64,000 nt of DNA from Candidatus Gottesmanbacteria bacterium (GTDB taxonomy: Bacteria > Patescibacteriota > Microgenomatia > JAMCYU01): assembly GCA_043801155.1 (NCBI GenBank), contig JAZDMI010000021.1, forward strand, positions 130,683-194,682, in the 5' to 3' direction. The notes beneath the pieces were generated by a model. The model was not told the DNA's origin. It made no database searches and was given only the letters and a program-made list of their open reading frames with translations. Positions within the stretch are counted from its first letter, which is position 1. Every line of letters starts with the position of its first letter. This document shows, piece by piece, positions 9,317 to 20,412 of this stretch. Made by a program: the position numbers and the translations under genes.

Positions 9317-9367
9317 TTGACAAATTCGATATTTTCATGTTAAACTCATACTAAATTAGTCATAGTT
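9317..9367 (+). promoter_or_regulatory. Sigma70 promoter of the suf operon with an overlapping candidate Rrf2 operator
   Basis: TTGACA (9317)-18-TAAACT (9341); imperfect palindrome AACTCATACTAA-A-TTAGTCATAGTT (9343..9367). Confidence 0.6.
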
Positions 9368-9370
9368 AAT

Positions 9371-9775
9371 ATGTTTACACTTTCTAGTAAATCAGATTAT
9401 GGACTACTCCTACTAACATTATTAGCCGGTAGTCATAAAAACGAGTTTATACCATTATCAGATATTGCTGTAAAATCAGGTTTGCCTAAAGCTTATATTT
9501 CAAGAATTGCATCTGAATTGGCTAATGCCGGAATAATAAAGAGTAAAGAAGGACTTAATGGAGGGTATAAATTAGCTATACCCCCAGCAAAAATTACCAT
9601 TGCCCAGGTAACACAAATTCTGGATGGTCCGTGGCAACCGACTAAGTGTACCAGTAAGCAAAAAAAATGCTCATTGGAAAAAAATTGTCCGATGGCTGAC
9701 AACTGGCAAAATAGAATTAAAGCAAAAATGTGGAAAATAATGGATAGTTATACTTTAAAAGATTTAATGAGCTAA
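9371..9775 (+). CDS. Rrf2/IscR-family transcriptional regulator
   Basis: SKSDYGL, SKEGLNGGYKLA, three C-terminal Cys. Confidence 0.9.
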   Translation: MFTLSSKSDYGLLLLTLLAGSHKNEFIPLSDIAVKSGLPKAYISRIASELANAGIIKSKEGLNGGYKLAIPPAKITIAQVTQILDGPWQPTKCTSKQKKCSLEKNCPMADNWQNRIKAKMWKIMDSYTLKDLMS

Positions 9776-9790
9776 TAAGCTCTTATACCT

Positions 9791-10501
9791 ATGTTAAAAA
9801 TTACTAATCTTTCAGTTTCGGTTGGGAATAAAAAAATTATTAATAATCTCTCTTTGGAAATTAGACCGGGTGAGCTTCATGTTCTTCTTGGTCCCAATGG
9901 TGCCGGAAAGACAAGTCTGGCTATGGCTTTGATTGGACACCCAAGTTATAAAATCGAAAATCAAATCTCGAAAATCAAAATTGACGATAAAGATTTAATC
10001 CATTTAACTACTGATGAACGCGCTAGGTTAGGGTTATTTAATTCGTTTCAAAAGCCGGTGGCTATTCCCGGAGTATCAGTAAAAGACCTTTTGAAATATA
10101 TAAAGATTAATAATCTTGAAGAAAAAATATCTAAGACTGGTAATCGTTTAAAGATCAAAGACGAACTTCTAACAAGATCTCTTAACGTAGATTTTTCCGG
10201 CGGCGAATTTAAAAAAATGGAACTTTTACAGGCTATGATAATTCAGCCAAAATATGTAATTTTAGATGAAATAGATAGCGGTTTGGATATTGATAATATT
10301 CATTTATTAGCCGATTTTCTTCAACAAATGACTCTTAAAAACATCGGGATTCTTTTAATCACCCATAATTTACGGATATTAAAATTTGTTAAACCGGACT
10401 TGATACATATTTTAATCAACGGTTCAATTATTAAAAGTGGAGGAGTCCAAATTGCCAGAGAAATTGAGAAGAGAGGATTTTCATGGTTAGTAAAAAATTA
10501 A
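9791..10501 (+). CDS. sufC: Fe-S assembly ATPase SufC
   Basis: GPNGAGKT, FSGGE, ILDEIDSGLDID; operon context. Confidence 0.92.
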   Translation: MLKITNLSVSVGNKKIINNLSLEIRPGELHVLLGPNGAGKTSLAMALIGHPSYKIENQISKIKIDDKDLIHLTTDERARLGLFNSFQKPVAIPGVSVKDLLKYIKINNLEEKISKTGNRLKIKDELLTRSLNVDFSGGEFKKMELLQAMIIQPKYVILDEIDSGLDIDNIHLLADFLQQMTLKNIGILLITHNLRILKFVKPDLIHILINGSIIKSGGVQIAREIEKRGFSWLVKN

Positions 10502-11790
10502 TAGATTATATTTCTAGTCAAAAAAGCGAACCACTGTGGATGAAAGATATTCGACTTAAGGCTTTTGCAGTTTTTCAAAAGTTACCTTTACCTCCATTTG
10601 GACCAAATTTACACAAGCTTAATTTTGACGATATTAATTATTATTTAAGACCGGATGCAGTCCATAAAAAAAATTGGCAGGACGTACCAAAAGATATTCG
10701 AAGAATTTACGATAAATTAAAAATTCCGCAAATGGAAAAACAGTATTTATCCGGCAACCTTGCCCAGCTTGAGTCAGAAGCGGTCTATGAAAAATTAAAA
10801 AAAACCTGGGAAGACAAAGGAGTAATTTTCGTGGATATGGATACGGCCGTCAAAAAATATCCAGACTTAATTAAAAAATATTTTATGAATCTGGTAAATC
10901 TGAACGAGAATAAATTTACCGCACTTCACAGCACCTTTTGGTCCGGTGGAACCTTTATTTATATACCTAAAGGAGTATGTTTGTGTTTACCATTACAATC
11001 TTATTTCAGAATTCAATCTCCTAAAATGGGCCAGTTTGAGCATACTATTATTATTGCGGATGAAGGATCGTTTGTTCATTATATTGAAGGATGCACCGCT
11101 CCTCAATACTCAAGCGTATCGCTTCATGCCGGAATAGTTGAAGTTTATATCAGCAAAAATGCTCGGGTACGATATACGACGGTGCAAAACTGGAGTAAAA
11201 ATGTTTATAATTTGGCCACCAAAAGAGCTAGGGTGGAAGAGAATGGAAGAATAGAATGGGTCAGTGGGTCGTTGGGAAGCGAGGTCACCATGTTATATCC
11301 GGCCAGTCTACTCGTAGGAAAAGGAGCAAGTAGTCAACATCTATCGATAACTTGGGCCGGCAAGGGACAAATAAAGGATACCGGAGGTAAAGCCATACAC
11401 TTGGCAGAAGATACAAGTTCTACCATCTTATCAAAAAGTATTAGCAAAGATGGAGGTCAAACAACATTTCGAGGTCTAGTAAAAGTTGCCAAAGGAGCCA
11501 GGAATTCTAAAAGTTATATGCGCTGTGATTCTTTAATATTAGACAAAGATTCACAAGCCCAAAGTTTTCCTAATTTAGATATTAAAGAACAAGACGCTTC
11601 AATCGGGCACGAGGCCACTATCGGTAAAATTTCTGAAGAACAGTTATTCTACCTTCAAAGTCGAGGGATTTCAAAAAAAGACGCGACTAATTTAATTATT
11701 AACGGATTTATCGAACCCATAGTTAGTGAAATTCCATTTGAATATGCGGTAGAATTAAATAGACTAATTGAAATGGGAATGTCAGGGTAA
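10483..11790 (+). CDS. sufB: Fe-S assembly protein SufB
   Basis: GQFEHT, HYIEGCTAP, VQNWS, HEATIGKI, YAVELNRLI. Confidence 0.95.
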   Translation: MVSKKLIDYISSQKSEPLWMKDIRLKAFAVFQKLPLPPFGPNLHKLNFDDINYYLRPDAVHKKNWQDVPKDIRRIYDKLKIPQMEKQYLSGNLAQLESEAVYEKLKKTWEDKGVIFVDMDTAVKKYPDLIKKYFMNLVNLNENKFTALHSTFWSGGTFIYIPKGVCLCLPLQSYFRIQSPKMGQFEHTIIIADEGSFVHYIEGCTAPQYSSVSLHAGIVEVYISKNARVRYTTVQNWSKNVYNLATKRARVEENGRIEWVSGSLGSEVTMLYPASLLVGKGASSQHLSITWAGKGQIKDTGGKAIHLAEDTSSTILSKSISKDGGQTTFRGLVKVAKGARNSKSYMRCDSLILDKDSQAQSFPNLDIKEQDASIGHEATIGKISEEQLFYLQSRGISKKDATNLIINGFIEPIVSEIPFEYAVELNRLIEMGMSG

Positions 11791-11810
11791 AGTTGGCGTT
11801 GACAAATTTT

Positions 11811-13061
11811 ATGTTAGATATACAAAAAATAAAACAGGACTTTCCTATCCTAAAAAGACAGATAAATGGAAAACAAATTGTCTATCTTGATTCCGGTGCG
11901 TCTTCCTTAAAGCCTTGTCAGGTAATTGAGGCGATGGATAAATATTATATAAATTATGGAGTGAATATCTTTCGTGGTATTTATCGACTATCGCAGGAGG
12001 CAACCGAAGAATATGAAAAGGCCCGTCAAAATGTGGCTAAATTTATTGGAGCAAAAGATCCAAGAGAAATAATTTTTGTCAGAAACGCCACTGAAGCTAT
12101 CAACTTAGTGGCTTATGCTTGGGGAAGAGCAAATATTGACGTGAGGAGTGAAATTGTTTGTACGGTTATGGAACATCATGCTAACTTGGTGACCTGGCAA
12201 CAGCTGGCACTGAAAAACAGTGCCACCATAAAATTTTTGGATATTGATGAAAATGGAAAACTAAAAATCAATCGCCATCAGGAAATAAATCTCGATAGCG
12301 TGATAACAGACAACACAAAACTATTAGCAATTACTTATGTCTCTAATGTTTTAGGAACAATAAATCCGCTTAAAGAAATTGTGAGAAAAACCAAAAAGAT
12401 TAACCCTAATTGTTTGGTTTTAGTTGATGGAGCACAAGCAATACCCCATATGAAAGTTGATGTTGAAGATTTAGGTTGCGATTTTTTTGCCTTTTCCGGA
12501 CACAAAATGCTCGGACCGATGGGAATTGGTGTTCTTTGGGGTAAATATGAATTATTAGATAAAATGCTGCCGTTCCAATTTGGGGGAGAAATGATTAGGG
12601 ATGTTTATCTGGAAAAAACGACCTTTGCTGATCCGCCACATAAATTTGAAGCGGGGACCCCCAATGTAGCTGGGGCTATCGGTTTGTCTGCTGCCATTGA
12701 TTATCTAGAGGGATTTGGTATGGAGAATATAAGACAACACGAGGTTGAAATAACAGAATACGGTTTAAATCAATTGAGCAATATAAAAGATTTGAAAATT
12801 TACGGTCCAGAAAAAGTAGAAGACCGGGGCGGAATTATTGCTTTTAATATTGATGGTATTCATGCTCATGATTTAGCCCAAATATTAGACGAGGACAATG
12901 TTTGTATCAGAAGTGGCCATCACTGTGCCATGCCATTGCATACCCGTTTGGGAATTCCCGGATCTGCCCGCGCCAGTTTTTATCTCTACAATACTAAGGA
13001 AGATATTGATAAATTAGTAGAAAGTTTAAAAAAAGCTAAAAAGATATTTAAAATATTATGA
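11811..13061 (+). CDS. sufS: Cysteine desulfurase SufS
   Basis: DFPIL, YLDSGAS, MEHHAN, SGHK, RSGHHCA; likely start at ATG 11811. Confidence 0.95.
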   Translation: MLDIQKIKQDFPILKRQINGKQIVYLDSGASSLKPCQVIEAMDKYYINYGVNIFRGIYRLSQEATEEYEKARQNVAKFIGAKDPREIIFVRNATEAINLVAYAWGRANIDVRSEIVCTVMEHHANLVTWQQLALKNSATIKFLDIDENGKLKINRHQEINLDSVITDNTKLLAITYVSNVLGTINPLKEIVRKTKKINPNCLVLVDGAQAIPHMKVDVEDLGCDFFAFSGHKMLGPMGIGVLWGKYELLDKMLPFQFGGEMIRDVYLEKTTFADPPHKFEAGTPNVAGAIGLSAAIDYLEGFGMENIRQHEVEITEYGLNQLSNIKDLKIYGPEKVEDRGGIIAFNIDGIHAHDLAQILDEDNVCIRSGHHCAMPLHTRLGIPGSARASFYLYNTKEDIDKLVESLKKAKKIFKIL

Positions 13062-13090
13062 AATTGACTTTAAAATTAATACAATAAATC

Positions 13091-13226
13091 GGGCTGGCGG
13101 TAACGAATTTTTTCACCCCGCTTTGTCAAAGTTAAATTGTTGTTTAGTGCATTAGCACGAAGTTTTACACTTTGGAAAGACAGAATCATAAGTGCGGGGT
13201 TGTCAAAAATTGTTACGCGCCATCCC
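13091..13226 (+). ncRNA. Structured ~140-nt repeat element, copy A (between sufS and sufU)
   Basis: Long rod of nested helices with a GTGC-ATTA-GCAC-GAAG core; homologous to 21789..21928 and 26505..26644 with covariation. Confidence 0.75.
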
Positions 13227-13244
13227 TTATTTTGCACTTTTATC

Positions 13245-13628
13245 ATGGATATTTATCGACAAAATATTTTAGATCATTATAAAAATCCGCGCAACTTTGG
13301 CCCTATGGAAAAACCTGATTCCTCACATGAGGAAGGTAATACTTTATGTGGAGATAAAATTAAAATAGAAATAAAATATAAATTAAAACCTGATAACGAA
13401 AAAACTATTGATGATATAAAATTTACCGGTGAAGGATGTGCTATTTCTTTGGCTAGTGCCTCTATGTTAACAGAGAAAGTTAAAGGAATGACTATAGAAG
13501 ATATTAAGAAATTGAGATATGATGATATTAAAGAAATGTTAGGAACGGATTTAAGTCCAGCTAGAATAAAATGTGCAACATTGGCCCTGCAAGTTTTACT
13601 TAAAACTATTGATCATTTAATATTGTGA
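13245..13628 (+). CDS. sufU: SufU/IscU-type Fe-S scaffold
   Basis: ILDHYKNPRN, CGD, GCAISLASAS, RIKCA; likely start at ATG 13245. Confidence 0.9.
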   Translation: MDIYRQNILDHYKNPRNFGPMEKPDSSHEEGNTLCGDKIKIEIKYKLKPDNEKTIDDIKFTGEGCAISLASASMLTEKVKGMTIEDIKKLRYDDIKEMLGTDLSPARIKCATLALQVLLKTIDHLIL

Positions 13629-13664
13629 ATTGTTTCATTCCTTTATCTTGTATATAATTAATTT

Positions 13665-15371
13665 ATGTCAAAAAGCATGACTTGGAGAATTGGGGGAGAA
13701 GCGGGATTTGGAATTATGGCTTCCGGAGCTATTTTTGCTAAGGCTTTAACCAGAGCCGGGCTTTTTATTTCTTCAACAGTTGAATATCCTTCGCTTATCC
13801 GTGGCGGACACAATACATATATCGTTAGAGCAGGAGAAACAGAAATTTTTTCATTAGTTAAGCCAATTGATCTTTTAGTCGCCCTGAACCAAGAAACAAT
13901 TGATTTACATAAAGGTGAGTTATCCAAAGGTGCCGGTATTATTTATGATTCTCAGGACAAAACTATCATAACAGAAAATTTACCGGAAGAATGTAAATTG
14001 TTTGGTTTGCCGCTTTTAGAAATTGCTACTAAAGACGGCGGTAAAAAAATTATGATGAATAATGTGGCTTTGGGGGCAACCTGGGCTGTCGTTGATTTGC
14101 CATTTGAAATATTAAGCAGTGTCATTGCTGATAATTTTGCTAAAAAGGGAGAAGAAATTATCAAAGAAAATACCCAAGCTGCCAAGTCCGGATTTGAATA
14201 TATTAAGAATAACTATGCCAATGATTTTACTTATAAACTCGTTAGAGGAAAAGCAGCCGGAAGATTGGTATTAACTGGTAATGAAGCAATCGGACTGGCT
14301 GCTATTAAAGCAGGTTTAGGTTTTACTGCACTCTATCCGATGACACCGATTAACGGTTTGTTGCTTTACTTAGCTTCTCATCAACAAGAAGGAAATTATA
14401 TTTATTATCAACCAGAAGATGAGATAGCCGGAATTAATTCAGCGATAGGGGCATCATATTCGGGAAAACGCAGCTTAATAGCTACATCAGGTGGCGGTTT
14501 TGCTTTAATGAACGAAGGGTATGGTATGGCCGCTATGACCGAAACGCCACTCGTTGTAGTTATGGGTACAAGACCGGGTCCATCAAGCGGTTTACCAACA
14601 TGGACAGGTCAGGGAGATCTTAAGTTTCTCTTAAATGCTTCACCAGGTGATTTTATGAGGGTTATATTTGCACCTGGTGATCCAACCGAAGCTTATGAAT
14701 TAACTCAAATAGCGTTTAACCTAGCCGATAAATATCAAACACCGGTGATTCTTTTAGTTGATAAATTTTTATGTGAAAGCATCGGCACAGCGGATAAATT
14801 AAAAATTAAGAATTATGAATTAAAAATTGATCGGGGAAAAATGTGGGACAAAAAGGGAGAATACAAAAGATATGAATTAACTGATGATGGAATATCGCCG
14901 CGGGCACTCCCCGGACAATCTTACTTTATAACTAATTCTTATGAGCATGATGAATTTGGGTATTCAACTGAAGATGCAAAAACCATTCAGTCAATGGTTG
15001 ATAAACGCGGGAAAAAATATGAACTTTTAGCCAAAGAAGTCCCCGAACCACAAATTTTTGGTGATAAAGACGCTGACATTACTTTGGTTGGTTGGGGATC
15101 AACCAAGAACGCGGCGCGTGAAGTAGTAGGTAAAAAAATAAATTATTTGCACCTTAATTGGATAAATCCATTTCCGAAAGAGGTGGTGACCAGAATTTTA
15201 TCAAAAGCGAAAAAAGTTATTGATATTGAGGGAAATTCGACTGGTCAGATGGCCGCCTGGATAAGAGAACAAACCGGTATTGAAATTAAAGATAAAATAT
15301 TAAAATATGACGGCCGGCAATTTTATCCAGAGGATATTATTGAAGGAATAAAAAATTTACTTGGAAAATAA
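13665..15371 (+). CDS. 2-oxoacid:ferredoxin oxidoreductase alpha subunit (gamma-alpha fusion)
   Basis: IGGEAGFG, YPSLIRGGH, YPMTP, EDEIA, TSGGGF, RPGPSSGLPT. Confidence 0.93.
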   Translation: MSKSMTWRIGGEAGFGIMASGAIFAKALTRAGLFISSTVEYPSLIRGGHNTYIVRAGETEIFSLVKPIDLLVALNQETIDLHKGELSKGAGIIYDSQDKTIITENLPEECKLFGLPLLEIATKDGGKKIMMNNVALGATWAVVDLPFEILSSVIADNFAKKGEEIIKENTQAAKSGFEYIKNNYANDFTYKLVRGKAAGRLVLTGNEAIGLAAIKAGLGFTALYPMTPINGLLLYLASHQQEGNYIYYQPEDEIAGINSAIGASYSGKRSLIATSGGGFALMNEGYGMAAMTETPLVVVMGTRPGPSSGLPTWTGQGDLKFLLNASPGDFMRVIFAPGDPTEAYELTQIAFNLADKYQTPVILLVDKFLCESIGTADKLKIKNYELKIDRGKMWDKKGEYKRYELTDDGISPRALPGQSYFITNSYEHDEFGYSTEDAKTIQSMVDKRGKKYELLAKEVPEPQIFGDKDADITLVGWGSTKNAAREVVGKKINYLHLNWINPFPKEVVTRILSKAKKVIDIEGNSTGQMAAWIREQTGIEIKDKILKYDGRQFYPEDIIEGIKNLLGK

Positions 15372-15373
15372 GA

Positions 15374-16222
15374 ATGGAAGAAAAGTTAAATTTATCAACT
15401 ATACATAAACCAACCTGGTGTCCGGGATGTGGTAATTTTGGCATCTGGCAGGCTCTTAAAGATACCGTGAATAAATTAGGAGTTAATCCTAATGAGGTTG
15501 TAGCTGTGTATGATATCGGATGTAATAGTAACATGATGAATTGGTCTCCGGTGACTGCGTTTGAAAGTCTGCATGGGCGGACATTACCAGTCGCCACCGG
15601 AATTAAATTAGCCAATCCTAAATTAACAGTTTTAGCTATTGCCGGTGATGGTGGTTGTTATGGTGAGGGAGGAAATCATTTAATCCATGCAGCCAAAAGA
15701 AATCTAGATATTACACTTTTAGTTCATGATAACCAAATTTATGCCCTGACAGCTGGTCAAACCTCGCCAACTTCAGAAAAAGGCTTTAAAACTAAATCTA
15801 CTCCAGATGGTTCTATAGATGAGAAACTAAATCCATTAGCATTAGCTTTAGCTGCCGGAGCAACCTTTATCGCTCGTGGTTTTGCCGGTGATCTGCCTCA
15901 TTTAACTGATCTTCTTAGACAGGCAATTAATCATAAAGGATTTGCTATTGTTGATATCATGCAGCCTTGTGTTTCTTTTAATCCAATAAATACATTTGAT
16001 TGGTATAAGTCTAGAGTTTATAAACTAAATGAACTACAATATAATATAACGGATAAATTATCTGCTTTTGCGAAAGCTTTAGAATGGCCAGCGATAACTA
16101 AGGATAGTAAAATTCCTATTGGAATTTTGTATCAAAAAGAAGCAGCATCAGTTAATAATAAAGACCTAAAAACTGATAATAACAAATTAAATTTTGACGG
16201 TTTAATCCAAGAATTTTTGTAA
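15374..16222 (+). CDS. 2-oxoacid:ferredoxin oxidoreductase beta subunit
   Basis: WCPGCG, GDG TPP-binding motif, GQTSPT, QPCVSFN. Confidence 0.93.
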   Translation: MEEKLNLSTIHKPTWCPGCGNFGIWQALKDTVNKLGVNPNEVVAVYDIGCNSNMMNWSPVTAFESLHGRTLPVATGIKLANPKLTVLAIAGDGGCYGEGGNHLIHAAKRNLDITLLVHDNQIYALTAGQTSPTSEKGFKTKSTPDGSIDEKLNPLALALAAGATFIARGFAGDLPHLTDLLRQAINHKGFAIVDIMQPCVSFNPINTFDWYKSRVYKLNELQYNITDKLSAFAKALEWPAITKDSKIPIGILYQKEAASVNNKDLKTDNNKLNFDGLIQEFL

Positions 16223-16229
16223 ATTAAAA

Positions 16230-16913
16230 ATGAAAAGTAAGTCTGTCCTTTCACTTACACTAGCACTTTTTTTAATCAGCGGGCTATTGCTAATATTTAA
16301 AGAACAACTAGTCAATTCTTTTATTCCCCAACCAAAATTCTCTGAACTTGATAATCCGAAATTAGTCCAGACTATCAAAACACAATCAGGACAGTGGGAT
16401 ACGAATTTTAACCAGCCAATTTTCCTCAATGCACCTGTTTCTTTACCGGTCGCCGTTGTCGCCGATAGTAATGTTTTAGGCGTCGTTCAGGCACAGGGAG
16501 AAAAATGGATAGAGATCGATTTATCAGACCAAAAACTTTATGCCCATGAAGGAGATAATATTGTTTATACCTTTTTAGTTTCAACCGGTAAATGGGGAGC
16601 AACACCAATCGGTGATTTTCGCATCTGGGTAAAATTGCGTTATTCGACAATGAGCGGCGGAGACAAATCAATCGGAACTTATTATTATTTACCAAATGTT
16701 CCTTATGTTATGTTTTTCCACAATGCTTTTGCTCTTCACGGGACCTATTGGCATAATAATTTTGGTACACCAATGAGCCATGGGTGTGTCAATCTTTCAA
16801 CAATTGATGCGGGAAAACTTTATTATTGGACAGACCCTCCGGTTGAACCAGAAAAATCAGTTTTCCACCCTACTAAAGAATTTCCCGGAACCAGAGTCGT
16901 AGTTCATGAGTAA
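16230..16913 (+). CDS. L,D-transpeptidase (YkuD domain)
   Basis: IEIDLSDQKL, VSTG, HGTYWH...SHGCVN. Confidence 0.9.
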   Translation: MKSKSVLSLTLALFLISGLLLIFKEQLVNSFIPQPKFSELDNPKLVQTIKTQSGQWDTNFNQPIFLNAPVSLPVAVVADSNVLGVVQAQGEKWIEIDLSDQKLYAHEGDNIVYTFLVSTGKWGATPIGDFRIWVKLRYSTMSGGDKSIGTYYYLPNVPYVMFFHNAFALHGTYWHNNFGTPMSHGCVNLSTIDAGKLYYWTDPPVEPEKSVFHPTKEFPGTRVVVHE

Positions 16914-16947
16914 AATAAATGACAACTGATTACGGTGATTTTCCTCC

Positions 16948-16981
16948 TTGACATTTAGCACTTAGTGTGCTAGACTGCTAA
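16948..16981 (+). promoter_or_regulatory. lon promoter overlapped by a CIRCE (HrcA operator)
   Basis: TTGACA-17-TAGACT; TTAGCACTT-N9-GACTGCTAA at 16955..16981 versus the consensus TTAGCACTC-N9-GAGTGCTAA. Confidence 0.85.
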
Positions 16982-16995
16982 CCACTTTACAATAT

Positions 16996-19458
16996 ATGGC
17001 AGTTATACTAGATACATCAAAATCTAATAATCTTCAAAATCAGGATAAAATCGTCCCCGTGGTCGCGTTACGAGATGGCGTAGTCTTTCCAGCTACCGAA
17101 GTAGTTTTGACGTTTGGCAGACCAAAATCATTAACCGCTATTGAGGCAGCTTTTTCTCATGAAAAATTAGTCGCCTTGGTTATGCAAAAAAATCCCAATA
17201 CCAATGAACCAGAACCAGAAGATCTAAATAAAATCGGAACCCTCGCTGTCGTCGAACGAATGTTAAAAAGTGATGGAGAAATTAACGCTTTGGTTAAAGG
17301 TTTCAGTCGAATTGAGATTAAAGAGTATCCCCAAACAGAACCTTTCCTTTTAGGTAAAGTAGAACAACTTCCTGATGAACTGGAAGTCTCTGACGAAATT
17401 ACCGCTCTTTCTAATCATCTTGCCTCAGAACTTAAAAGAGCCGTGAATTTAGGCAAGGCCGTTGATTTTTTAGTTTTTATGAATATTATGTCAGGTCTTC
17501 CCCCTCAAGACTTAGCTAATCAAATTGCCGGGACACTCGAAATTAAACCGAGTGAAAAACAGGAATTATTGGAAATTAATAGTGTTAAAGTAAAACTTAC
17601 TAAAATTGGAGATTATTTAGCTCACGAAACAAAAATTTTAGAAATTGAAAGGAAAATTAGTAGTAAAACTCAAGAAAGATTCGATAAGAATATTCGTGAA
17701 CAAGTTCTCCGGGAGAGACTTAAAACAATCACCAAGGAACTCGGCGAGGATGATGAGAATAAAGATATTAAAGAATTATCCGATAAGATTAAGAAGGCCG
17801 GGATGCCAAAAGATATCGAGGAAAAAGCCGAAAAAGAACTCTCGCGTTTAGCGCAAATGACACCTCTTAATCCTGAGGCCTCTTATGTTAAAACGTATCT
17901 CGATTGGCTAGTTGATTTACCTTGGGCAATTGCCTCACCGAATAATGTTGATATTATTACAGCGCAAAAAATTCTTGACGAAGATCATTTTGGCTTAAAA
18001 AAGATAAAAGAACGTATTATTGAGTTTTTAGCAGTCATGAAATTAAAAACAGCCAGGGATAAAAAGGATATAAAAACAGAAATTAAATCAAAAAGCATTA
18101 GTCCGACAATACTTTGTTTTGTCGGGCCACCCGGAGTGGGTAAAACATCTATTGGTAAATCTATTGCTCGGGCACTGGGTCGAAAATTTGTCAAAATCTC
18201 TCTTGGTGGTATTCGAGATGAAGCAGAAATAAGAGGACATAGGAGAACTTATGTTGGAGCTATGCCCGGAAGGATCATACAAAGTATTAAACAGGCAGGA
18301 ACAAAAAATCCTGTTTTTATGATGGATGAGATCGATAAGGTAGGCACAGATTTTAGGGGTGATCCTTCAGCCGCACTACTTGAAGCATTAGATCCTGAAC
18401 AAAATCATGCATTCTCGGACCATTATTTAGAAGTACCTTTTGATTTATCGGATGTCTTTTTTATAACTACCTGTAATGTTTTAGATACAATTCCTCCGGC
18501 TTTACGAGATCGATTGGAAATTATTCATTTTCCCGGTTATACCGAAGATGAGAAATTTCATATAGGTAAAGATTACCTGATTAAGAAACAATTAGAGATT
18601 CATGCTCTTCCGTCTAATTTGGTTGAGATAACTGATACCGGTCTTCATACAATAATTCAACGTTATACGCGTGAAGCTGGGGTAAGAAGTTTAGAAAGAG
18701 AAATTGCCTCAGTCTTTCGTAAGGTGGCTAAAGAAGTAGCCGAAGGGCGTAGAAATAAGATTAAGGTAACCCCAAAATCATTATCAGAATTTTTAGGCCC
18801 GACGAAGTTTACATCGTCTTTAGCAGAAAAGAAAGACGAGATTGGTATGAGTACGGGACTCGCTTGGACCGAGGCTGGCGGAGAAATTCTTTTTATTGAA
18901 GTAGCCTTAATGCCGGGTAAAGGTAATCTTACTCTGACAGGTCAGTTGGGAAACGTGATGAAGGAATCTTGTCAAGCCGCCTTATCATATATTCGTTCAC
19001 GAGCTGAACAGTTAAGTTTGTCAGATAAATTTTACCAAAAGACTGATATTCATGTACATGTACCAGAGGGGGCAGTCCCAAAGGATGGGCCAAGTGCCGG
19101 GATTGCGATTGCCACAGCGATTACGTCAGCTTTAACTAAAATTCCGGTGAAAAAAGATATTGGTATGACTGGCGAGATTACTCTGCGCGGCCGAGTTTGG
19201 GAAATTGGTGGGGTAAAAGAAAAAATCATTGCTGCCCACCGAGCTGGATTAAAAATCATTATTTTACCTAAAAATAATAAGAAAGACCTTGAAGACATCC
19301 CAAAAAATGTTCTTAGTGATTTAAAATTTATCTTTGTTGAAAATATGGATCAAGTTTTAAAAGTAGCACTTAAGAAAAGTTTACCGAAAACCGTTAATAA
19401 AGAATTTAGTTTTAATCAACCTACTAAACACCTAATTCATCTGCCGATCGCATCATAA
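16996..19458 (+). CDS. lon: ATP-dependent Lon protease
   Basis: [27 protein letters not shown]. Confidence 0.98.
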   Translation: MAVILDTSKSNNLQNQDKIVPVVALRDGVVFPATEVVLTFGRPKSLTAIEAAFSHEKLVALVMQKNPNTNEPEPEDLNKIGTLAVVERMLKSDGEINALVKGFSRIEIKEYPQTEPFLLGKVEQLPDELEVSDEITALSNHLASELKRAVNLGKAVDFLVFMNIMSGLPPQDLANQIAGTLEIKPSEKQELLEINSVKVKLTKIGDYLAHETKILEIERKISSKTQERFDKNIREQVLRERLKTITKELGEDDENKDIKELSDKIKKAGMPKDIEEKAEKELSRLAQMTPLNPEASYVKTYLDWLVDLPWAIASPNNVDIITAQKILDEDHFGLKKIKERIIEFLAVMKLKTARDKKDIKTEIKSKSISPTILCFVGPPGVGKTSIGKSIARALGRKFVKISLGGIRDEAEIRGHRRTYVGAMPGRIIQSIKQAGTKNPVFMMDEIDKVGTDFRGDPSAALLEALDPEQNHAFSDHYLEVPFDLSDVFFITTCNVLDTIPPALRDRLEIIHFPGYTEDEKFHIGKDYLIKKQLEIHALPSNLVEITDTGLHTIIQRYTREAGVRSLEREIASVFRKVAKEVAEGRRNKIKVTPKSLSEFLGPTKFTSSLAEKKDEIGMSTGLAWTEAGGEILFIEVALMPGKGNLTLTGQLGNVMKESCQAALSYIRSRAEQLSLSDKFYQKTDIHVHVPEGAVPKDGPSAGIAIATAITSALTKIPVKKDIGMTGEITLRGRVWEIGGVKEKIIAAHRAGLKIIILPKNNKKDLEDIPKNVLSDLKFIFVENMDQVLKVALKKSLPKTVNKEFSFNQPTKHLIHLPIAS

Positions 19459-19461
19459 AAT

Positions 19462-20412
19462 TCAATTCTGAGTGCTAAAATCAAACACTTCTTTTGAAAT
19501 TTGTGCCATTGTTTTAAGCGCAATATCCTGATTATTAATATCAGAAGTAAAAATTCCAAAAATATATGGGTGGTCAGGCAAATTAATAATACCAACATCA
19601 TGAAGTCCGCCGACATAGTCTCCGGTTTTGTGATAAATCTTTATATCTATAGGTAATAGAGCCGGGATTCGATTTTCGAAATCACTATCATCCATAAACC
19701 CAATCATTTCTGTTGTTAATGCTTGATTAGTAATTTCTCCCTGGTACATTTTTCGAAGTAAGGTAATCATATCTATTAACGATGATTGGTCGTTTTCCAT
19801 ACTTGTTTGTGATAAACCCCAACTATCAATTAATTGTTGAATTCGATCAAGCCCAATTACATGTCGTCCTAGAATAAAAGCAGCGGTATTGTCAGATTTT
19901 TCCATCATTAATCGAGCCAGAGTTTTAATTGAATAAGTAGACCCCGGTGGATCATAACGAATAGAACCTGTGCCGTAATCTTGGATATCAGCTTTTTGAA
20001 GTGTAATTTTTTCTTCAAGATTAATTTCACCTTTATCAGCTAAATAATAAAGGCTTGCCAGGATAGGAATTTTATTAACCGAGGCAGCATTAAATATCAT
20101 GGTTTGGTTAATACCGAAGTTCTGGTTAGTGGTCAGATCATAATAATAGATCGCCCAGGTACCAGCCATAGGTTCAATTATTTCTTTTATTCTTAAAATA
20201 AGCGATTGGGAATCTTTTGGTTTATCTGTAAAAAAAGAAATAATCGTCTCTGGCAGAGGAGAAATAATAATCTGGTTCTTATTAGAATACCTTTTAAAAA
20301 ATCCCAAGATAGACAGCGCCATAAAAGCAATAAAAATTATTTTAACTATTATATCATGAGATTCAGCTGGTTTTTTCTGTAATGGATTAATATTCGGTCC
20401 GTAATCTTGCAT
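19462..20412 (-). CDS. Class A beta-lactamase-like serine hydrolase
   Basis: AASVNK, SDN and HKTG motifs; N-terminal TM. Confidence 0.85.
   Translation of the reverse strand: MQDYGPNINPLQKKPAESHDIIVKIIFIAFMALSILGFFKRYSNKNQIIISPLPETIISFFTDKPKDSQSLILRIKEIIEPMAGTWAIYYYDLTTNQNFGINQTMIFNAASVNKIPILASLYYLADKGEINLEEKITLQKADIQDYGTGSIRYDPPGSTYSIKTLARLMMEKSDNTAAFILGRHVIGLDRIQQLIDSWGLSQTSMENDQSSLIDMITLLRKMYQGEITNQALTTEMIGFMDDSDFENRIPALLPIDIKIYHKTGDYVGGLHDVGIINLPDHPYIFGIFTSDINNQDIALKTMAQISKEVFDFSTQN

Noticed and set aside
13091-13226. Structured element as a hammerhead ribozyme, T-box, CIRCE or promoter
   Set aside because: There is no CUGANGA core and no T-box motif. The TAGCAC resemblance lacks the N9-spaced second half. 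The reverse-strand TTGACA has no correctly spaced -10.
13137-13244. N-terminal extension of SufU from a TTG start
   Set aside because: It lies within structured element A; SufU homology begins at ATG 13245.
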